From a bacterium (GTDB taxonomy: Bacteria; SAR324; JACQKK01), in contig CBDBIG010000003.1 in NCBI GenBank assembly GCA_965205845.1, positions 212,453 to 276,452 on the forward strand: a DNA stretch of 64,000 bases, read 5' to 3'. Shown in pieces: positions 61,420 to 64,000 of the stretch. A model generated the notes under the pieces. That model was not told the origin of the DNA. It worked only from the letters and a program-made list of their open reading frames with translations, and made no database searches. The position numbers and the translations under genes are program-made. Positions within the stretch are counted from its first letter, which is position 1; each line of letters begins with the position of its first letter.

Positions 61420-62055
61420 TTAGTTAAACGGAATAAACACGCCAATCGAGCGTATACGACGCTCAATCACCGCACGTTGCACGGCAAACTCGCGTACGGC
61501 TTTTTGCCTGTTGAACTCCGCACGAATGCCCAAACGTTTCCATCTGTATTGCCAACCTGCAAAAAAAGATCTGGTACTCATGGCATGGTGCAAATCTGGA
61601 TTCGAATCAATCCTGCCGTTACGCCTGCGCCCGTAGTTGGTTTCGCCGATGCCCGTTCCCAAAAAAAAACTACCCCCCCCCATGTCACGCACTTTAGAGT
61701 ACAGGCTTACACGAATGAGTTTGTTAACCAGATCTTCTTCAATGGGCTCACCCATTGCGTTAGGCGATTTCTGGCTCGCCTTCCCATAAGCATAGCCTAC
61801 CCCAACACGACTCCAAACCACTTCGAGGCCAAGCGTTTTGTGGGTTAGGTTGGTGTTTGCACCTTGGGTTGCTTCCTCCGTGGAATTTGCAATGCGCACG
61901 CTGCCCCATTTGGCATAATGCAAATCCCAATGCGCACCGGGGTGGGCGTGCACACGGGTTTCGGCAAAGGGCAAGGTGTATAACACGCACCCTCCCAGCA
62001 CACATACCATGCGCCAAAAAATGTTTCCAAGGGGGCGAATCATATTGCCCTTCAA
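61420..62055 (-). CDS. hypothetical secreted/outer-membrane protein
   Basis: N-terminal signal-like segment and alternating beta-strand-like pattern. This is a weak call. Confidence 0.3.
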   Translation of the reverse strand: MKGNMIRPLGNIFWRMVCVLGGCVLYTLPFAETRVHAHPGAHWDLHYAKWGSVRIANSTEEATQGANTNLTHKTLGLEVVWSRVGVGYAYGKASQKSPNAMGEPIEEDLVNKLIRVSLYSKVRDMGGGSFFLGTGIGETNYGRRRNGRIDSNPDLHHAMSTRSFFAGWQYRWKRLGIRAEFNRQKAVREFAVQRAVIERRIRSIGVFIPFN

Positions 62056-62279
62056 AAAAAAGCCCCTTGATAACGCAAAGCATCAGGCAAGACGACTAAG
62101 GGGAAGGAAGACCTTGCGCGGATATCTCTATGTGATACCACGACAAAAAAATACTGCATTCAAAGGCGCACTTACCAAAGCCCTGGATAACGCACCCCCT
62201 TTGACAACGCACCGCACACCACAGGCACACACAGCACAACGGTTTTTGCATCACCCTGGCAGATTGGTTTTTAGCCTTC

Positions 62280-63590
62280 TTACATGCTTCGTGGAGACAA
62301 GGAGGGAGATGGCAAAACCGACTCGGGCAGCAGCTGCCCAACCACGTTTTGTGAGAGGTAAAACGGCTTGATGTGGAAAGGGTCCTCTTTGATTTTGGCT
62401 GCCCATTCTCCCAAAGGGGCCTGTACCTGAACCAGCCCTTTTAGCATACCCATTTCATTCCCCGCCCAAGTTTCATGAGAGGGGCTTACAAGAATAACAC
62501 CCATGAGACGGTTGTTTTTAAGCAGTAGTTTGCGATGATGATAGCGCTCTGGCCTGGTTGCCTCAATCACCTCGGCACTCGCATCATTCCAAGCACCAAA
62601 GCTGGCGGCGTCGAGGCCTGCGACACCCACGATGTTCATGAGCAAGCTCCCTTTGTATACGGTTGTTTTGCCGGCCAAATTTGCCCCAATCACGCGCCCA
62701 TGCTCCATGGCAGTCGTTTCAATGGCGTGCACTTCTTGCTTGCCATCAATGCGATTCGCGCCTTGGGCTACATCCCCCGCAGCATATACATTGTCGAGGT
62801 TACTCTCGAGTTTGTCGTTGACCAAAATGCCGTGGTCTATGGTCAAACCGCTCCCCTGGGCCCAATCCAAATTGGGCTTGACACCCGTCGCCATAATCAC
62901 CAAATCGGCGTCGACGCTCCCACCATCAGAAAACGTTAGTGCTGCCCTTTCGCCACGAGCCTCAATGCGTTCCAAGCGCTGACCACAGAAAAACGTCACC
63001 CCTTTGCCTTTGAGCCATTCATGCACCAAACCAGCCCCTGTCGCATCAATCATGCGTGGCAAAATGCGCGGCTCAGCCTCCACCACGGTCAGTGAAGCAC
63101 TGCGTTTAAGCACGCCATTGAGAATGGTAAATGAGATAAATCCAGCACCTACCATCACCGCGCGGGAATCGGGTTTAAGCAGGGCGTGCACCCGCTGGGC
63201 ATCTTCCATCGTCCAAAAACGATGCACCATTGGCAAATCCACCCCCGCAATGGGCGGCTTAACGGCAGAGGAACCCGTGGCAATTACAAGGTTGTCGTAA
63301 CTCACACTTTCATCGTTATCGAGTACAACGCACTTGCCCTGCCCATCCAAGCTTTTTACACGCCGCCCAAAACGGTGCAAAACCCCCCATTGCTCAAGTT
63401 GGTCAAAGGACAAGGTTTGTGTGTGCCCCTCGCTAATACCGCGCTCCAAATAGTAAGGCAACACCATTCTTGAGTAAGGTGGTTCCTTGGCGATTAATAC
63501 CACGGGATCATCGCATCCCATTTGCCGCATGGTACGAATGGCATTCACCGAAGCGGTCCCCGCACCTAAAAACACATGCCGTTTTTCCAT
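62280..63590 (-). CDS. FAD-dependent pyridine nucleotide-disulfide oxidoreductase (NADH-dependent reductase family)
   Basis: N-terminal FAD site HVFLGAGTASVNAI and a second NAD(P)-binding Rossmann site AVMVGAGFISF. ..AAGDVAQG.. matches the conserved FAD motif near the C-terminus. Confidence 0.75.
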   Translation of the reverse strand: MEKRHVFLGAGTASVNAIRTMRQMGCDDPVVLIAKEPPYSRMVLPYYLERGISEGHTQTLSFDQLEQWGVLHRFGRRVKSLDGQGKCVVLDNDESVSYDNLVIATGSSAVKPPIAGVDLPMVHRFWTMEDAQRVHALLKPDSRAVMVGAGFISFTILNGVLKRSASLTVVEAEPRILPRMIDATGAGLVHEWLKGKGVTFFCGQRLERIEARGERAALTFSDGGSVDADLVIMATGVKPNLDWAQGSGLTIDHGILVNDKLESNLDNVYAAGDVAQGANRIDGKQEVHAIETTAMEHGRVIGANLAGKTTVYKGSLLMNIVGVAGLDAASFGAWNDASAEVIEATRPERYHHRKLLLKNNRLMGVILVSPSHETWAGNEMGMLKGLVQVQAPLGEWAAKIKEDPFHIKPFYLSQNVVGQLLPESVLPSPSLSPRSM

Positions 63591-63807
63591 GTTTTTCTCT
63601 CTTTAGCCTTCACTCAAAAATAGAAGTTCTTATGACCATAGCTTTTTCAAGGCACGCATCAGCCATGCACTAAAACATAAACGCTTGCCGCGTCAGCACA
63701 AAACAATCAGCCAGGCACTAAAACATAAACGCTTGCCGCGCCAGCACAAAACAACCCGCACCTCAAAACACCATCATGCGGCACATCAACAATTGAGGAA
63801 ACGCTTT

Positions 63808-64000
63808 TCAAGCTTTCCCACTAAGGGCGTAGGACGAGCGCTTTTTAGCAAACTCACCTAGCCAGTCTTGGGGGCTGTCTTCCACGTATTCAATGGCAGC
63901 CGTTGGGCAGGCACGCGCACACGCTGGCTCGCCCGCGCACAGATCGCATTTGGTGGCTTTTTTGCGTTCGGTATCCATAAAAATGGTGCCATAAGGGCAA
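63808..64000 (-). CDS. 4Fe-4S ferredoxin-type iron-sulfur protein, 3'-terminal portion (5' end lies beyond the window)
   Basis: The reverse strand reads ...CPYGTIFMDTERKKATKCDLCAGEPACARACPTAAIEYVED...*, with CxxCxxxCxxxCP cluster motifs. Confidence 0.6.
   Translation of the reverse strand, partial: CPYGTIFMDTERKKATKCDLCAGEPACARACPTAAIEYVEDSPQDWLGEFAKKRSSYALSGKA

Overview
The window is a bacterial chromosomal segment of roughly 55% GC, with many spurious antisense ORFs as expected for GC-rich DNA. Gene content looks Gram-negative: lipoprotein sorting (Lol), a Tol-Pal partner (YbgF-like), PBP3/FtsL and a tail-specific protease. Backbone genes read from the sequence are sucA (5'-partial)-sucB-lpdA, a ChlI-like AAA+ ATPase with a CoxE-like VWA partner, a LolC/E-type permease, xth, alr, an MltD-like transglycosylase, a PurO-type IMP cyclohydrolase-like gene, gpmI, dnaA followed by an orphan ExbB/TolQ-like gene, yajQ, ftsL-ftsI, a ybgF-like lipoprotein, an EamA transporter, two tandem LysE paralogs, galU, a 4-gene sugar ABC transporter, xseB, a Trm112-like gene, prc, rplS, an rnhB-yraN fusion, rpsT, an isolated rplC, ridA and tRNA-Gly(GCC). 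The accessory content is a heavily decayed Mu-like transposable prophage at about 24.1-33.3 kb. Its Mu B gene is frameshifted, the portal is truncated, gpI is frameshifted at a G7 run, the baseplate J gene is truncated, dam is disrupted, and no A transposase is present. One long gene survives intact in this wreck: a MuF head-morphogenesis protein fused to a C-terminal R-S-E-type ADP-ribosyltransferase toxin domain, with a translationally coupled 60-aa ORF that could be its immunity protein. A dam-derived repeat family of at least four copies, sharing a common 3' end and truncated to different extents at the 5' end, is scattered through the window. The window is also unusually rich in long-unit tandem repeat arrays (76, 87, 113, 58 and 41/20 bp units), several of which start inside the 3' end of a gene.
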